IMG/VR virus record: IMGVR_UViG_3300004481_000388
Coordinates: 1 to 64,000 of that record
Source of the DNA: a virus
Reading direction: 5' to 3' (one strand)
Length of the DNA: 64,000 nucleotides
This document shows positions 61,565 to 64,000 of this stretch, piece by piece (the first letter of the stretch is position 1; each line of letters starts with the position of its first letter). Under the pieces are notes generated by a model. It did not search any database. It had not been told where the DNA came from and saw nothing but the letters and a program-made list of their open reading frames with translations. The position numbers were made by a program, and so were the translations under genes.

Positions 61565-62854
61565 ATGGGCATATTAGGTGGTATTGCGGAAGGAATACTT
61601 GAACGCCCTCTACAAGAACGATCCCAGCAGGACGCGTTTAACCTCCAAAAGCGTCAGGCTAGGTATAAGCACGCGTTTGACACCTTAGACGATATACGCG
61701 AGGAGGATTTACCCCTTGCTATACAGGCACTAGATGAGCTAACGCAAGCTAAAACGCCTGAGAAGGAAGACGCGGCGTATGGGAGATTCGTCTCTCTCCT
61801 TCGTACTGAGGATTATGGGAGGGAGCAACAAACGGGCGAGCATAACGCAGCGGTGGGGGGACAAGTGGGTGCGAGTAGTCGTCCTCGTATTGCTATGGAT
61901 GAGGGTATGAACGCCGAACTCTCTAACCCCCAGGGACTCATAACGCGTCCTACTAATGACTACGCACAGGGGGGGATACGGTTGAAGAGTAGTGAGGGAG
62001 AGATGGGAAGGAAGCTGAAGTTTTACGAGGCACAGCAGGAGGCGCAGACTCGTCGTGCGTTATTAGTAGAGCAAGAACGTCGCCGTACCACTCTCGACAA
62101 ACTCCAAGCACAGTCTGAGCAGTTAGGGGTTCAAGGCGTGAAGGAAGGGGTAGATGATAACGGGAATCAGGTGATTACGTACTTCGATAAGAAGACAGGG
62201 CAGCATCATTCCTTTACTAACAACGGTGTCACTCCTGCCCAGAAAATGATTAGTGATAACCGCTTGGCGTATCAGGAGGAACGGGATACTGAGTTACTTA
62301 GAGAGCATGCAAGACAGTTTAACGCCAATCTTAATCTCAAGAACCGCGAACTCGCAGTAGACACGAGGTTCAAGGAAGCGCAGATGGAGGATATGAAACA
62401 GAAACTCCTTCTCCAACAAACAGGCGCTAATCGTGACACTACTGAACGTGAGATAGACTCTCTCTTTGACCAGTACAAACTAGCCAACTCCACCATTCTT
62501 GACGAGATTAAGAGTACATTTGAGCAGGAAAAGGCGGTACAAGCGAATCTTATCTTGCCAGACGCGCAGAAGATTCAACAACTCCAAGCTCTACAGACAA
62601 GGCGTGAGGAGTTGGAGAAGAAGAGGGTGGAGATATGGAGACGGGTGGAACAAGAGGCTGATAAGTTGCGCAAGGGTAAGGCAGAAACGAAGAAGAAGGT
62701 GGGGCAGATAACCAGCACTCCTACTCCCAAGGCGTCCTCCTCGTCTACAGGGGGGAACAAGGCCACGACTCCGCAACTCGCTACCCCACAGCTTAACAAG
62801 GGGGAGTATCGTAATATCTTCAAACGCCTCGACAAGAGCATACCTAAAAAGTAA
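61565..62854 (+). CDS. coiled-coil internal virion protein (candidate)
   Basis: 429 aa, Q/E/K/R-rich helical. Confidence 0.55.
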   Translation: MGILGGIAEGILERPLQERSQQDAFNLQKRQARYKHAFDTLDDIREEDLPLAIQALDELTQAKTPEKEDAAYGRFVSLLRTEDYGREQQTGEHNAAVGGQVGASSRPRIAMDEGMNAELSNPQGLITRPTNDYAQGGIRLKSSEGEMGRKLKFYEAQQEAQTRRALLVEQERRRTTLDKLQAQSEQLGVQGVKEGVDDNGNQVITYFDKKTGQHHSFTNNGVTPAQKMISDNRLAYQEERDTELLREHARQFNANLNLKNRELAVDTRFKEAQMEDMKQKLLLQQTGANRDTTEREIDSLFDQYKLANSTILDEIKSTFEQEKAVQANLILPDAQKIQQLQALQTRREELEKKRVEIWRRVEQEADKLRKGKAETKKKVGQITSTPTPKASSSSTGGNKATTPQLATPQLNKGEYRNIFKRLDKSIPKK

Positions 62855-62862
62855 GCCTAGTC

Positions 62863-62879
62863 TGTAAACTAAGTTGACA
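62863..62879 (+). repeat. 17-bp phage repeat, type A copy
   Basis: TGTAAACTAAGTTGACA followed by CTTC, 42 nt before ATG 62922. Confidence 0.9.
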
Positions 62880-62921
62880 CTTCAGCCCCTCCTTTCCTCT
62901 AGCCCCTCCTAGTATAAAGTT

Positions 62922-64000
62922 ATGACTCCACAAACATCCACTCCCGCTCGCCCCCGTCGTACAGCTAACCCTAAGGTATATACGCTTGACCCTCAAGCCG
63001 CATTGGACTTACAAGAGGGGGATGAGGTTGATCTTGAGAAGTTCACGGACGATCTTATTTCCCAATCTCCTATGACGAAGGAGATGGGGCAGGATAAGGC
63101 GCGTAGGTTATTTCGTGCGATGTTTGAGACGGAGAGTAATAACGACCCTAACGTGCGGGATAGCCAAAAGGGGGCGAGGGGGATGGAACAGGTGATGGAG
63201 TCTCTAGCTGATGAGTACGGGCTAGATAGGAACGATCCAGTTCAACGCCGCTTCATCGCCATAGACTATCTCTCGCGGGGGTGGAAGTACGCATCTCGTT
63301 ACACCGAAGACCCGATTGAGCGGGCAGGGGTGGCCGTGAGTTTTTATCACGGGGGAGAGGGTGCGCTCAAGAACCTTATCAAGCAAGATGGGTTACTATC
63401 GCGTACAAGTGATGGTGGAATTACGACGAATGACCATGTTATGAAGGTGTTGGGGGAGTGGGATAGGTTAGAGGGAGAGGCGTTAGGGGAGATGTCAGGG
63501 GAGGAGACGGATGATTCTAACTACATCATGAAGGGGGATGAGCCTATTCTAAAGATGGAAGGATTAGCTGACTCCACTATTCCTATCTCGAAAATGGAGG
63601 GCACAGACTCCCCACTCGTAGCCTCACCTCTCACTCCCGAAGAAGTACGCATGAGGAAGGAGACGAATCGTGGAATACAAGTACGGAATTTATGGCTCAA
63701 GGCCGACAACCCCAACGCCTACCCCGACGCACAGCAATTAACCTCCCTCATCCGTCGCACCTTTCCTGTGGAGAAGCGCGCGGCGTTTGACCGTGCTCTA
63801 CAGACATATTATGAAGAGGGAGTGGAGACATGGGCACACACTTCCCCTGAAGCAGTAGCACGGCATTCTAAGATCACCAAAGATGAGCAAGGTAACGATC
63901 AACTCTTAGTTAACGCCGTAGTCTATCCTGATTTCGATAAGGTGGTGGATACGTTCTACTCTCAGGGGGATGAGGCAGGGAGGGAGATGATACGTGCGAA
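62922..64000 (+). CDS. internal virion protein with an N-terminal lytic transglycosylase (SLT) domain; truncated by the window edge
   Basis: Absent from the ORF track because it has no stop. Translated by hand from ATG 62922, open to nt 64000. SLT motifs FETES, GARGMEQVM, SFYHGGEG. Confidence 0.7.
   Translation, partial: MTPQTSTPARPRRTANPKVYTLDPQAALDLQEGDEVDLEKFTDDLISQSPMTKEMGQDKARRLFRAMFETESNNDPNVRDSQKGARGMEQVMESLADEYGLDRNDPVQRRFIAIDYLSRGWKYASRYTEDPIERAGVAVSFYHGGEGALKNLIKQDGLLSRTSDGGITTNDHVMKVLGEWDRLEGEALGEMSGEETDDSNYIMKGDEPILKMEGLADSTIPISKMEGTDSPLVASPLTPEEVRMRKETNRGIQVRNLWLKADNPNAYPDAQQLTSLIRRTFPVEKRAAFDRALQTYYEEGVETWAHTSPEAVARHSKITKDEQGNDQLLVNAVVYPDFDKVVDTFYSQGDEAGREMIRA

Overview
The window looks like one continuous stretch of a tailed dsDNA bacteriophage genome. 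I found no rRNA, tRNA, CRISPR array, integrase or transposase. Two arms diverge from a repeat-dense, largely ORF-free control region at about 24.0-28.9 kb. The left arm (about 25.8 kb down to 1.4 kb, genes on the minus strand) holds small early genes and a replication/recombination module. That module contains a PD-(D/E)XK nuclease, two homing-endonuclease-like paralogs, a RecA-like ATPase, a ParB-like protein, an intein-containing SF1 helicase, a dUTPase, and a family A DNA polymerase split into a UDG4-like/3'-5' exonuclease gene and a polymerase gene. The right arm (28.9-64 kb, genes on the plus strand) holds an HTH protein, a D5/P4-type SF3 helicase, the terminase, portal, scaffold and major capsid genes, beta-helix and fibre proteins, large virion proteins, and an internal virion protein with a lytic transglycosylase domain that runs off the 3' edge. 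The most striking signal is a 17-bp quasi-palindromic repeat, (T/C)GTAAACTTAGTTGACA. With a 19-bp relative it occurs about 32 times, almost always between genes and mostly co-oriented with them, and six copies are read through in frame as VNLVDT. Other points of interest:
- compositionally foreign islands in the control region, including a duplicated 44-nt GC-rich element with hairpins and an ORF-free ~520-nt segment upstream of a 281-aa orphan gene
- iteron arrays next to the helicase gene, a candidate origin
- tandem-repeat 5' leaders
- four consecutive late proteins with Sec or Tat signal peptides
- a GC-rich mosaic in the fibre genes
- an AT-rich GNAT-like insertion among the virion genes
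All functional calls come from motif recognition by eye. No database search was run.
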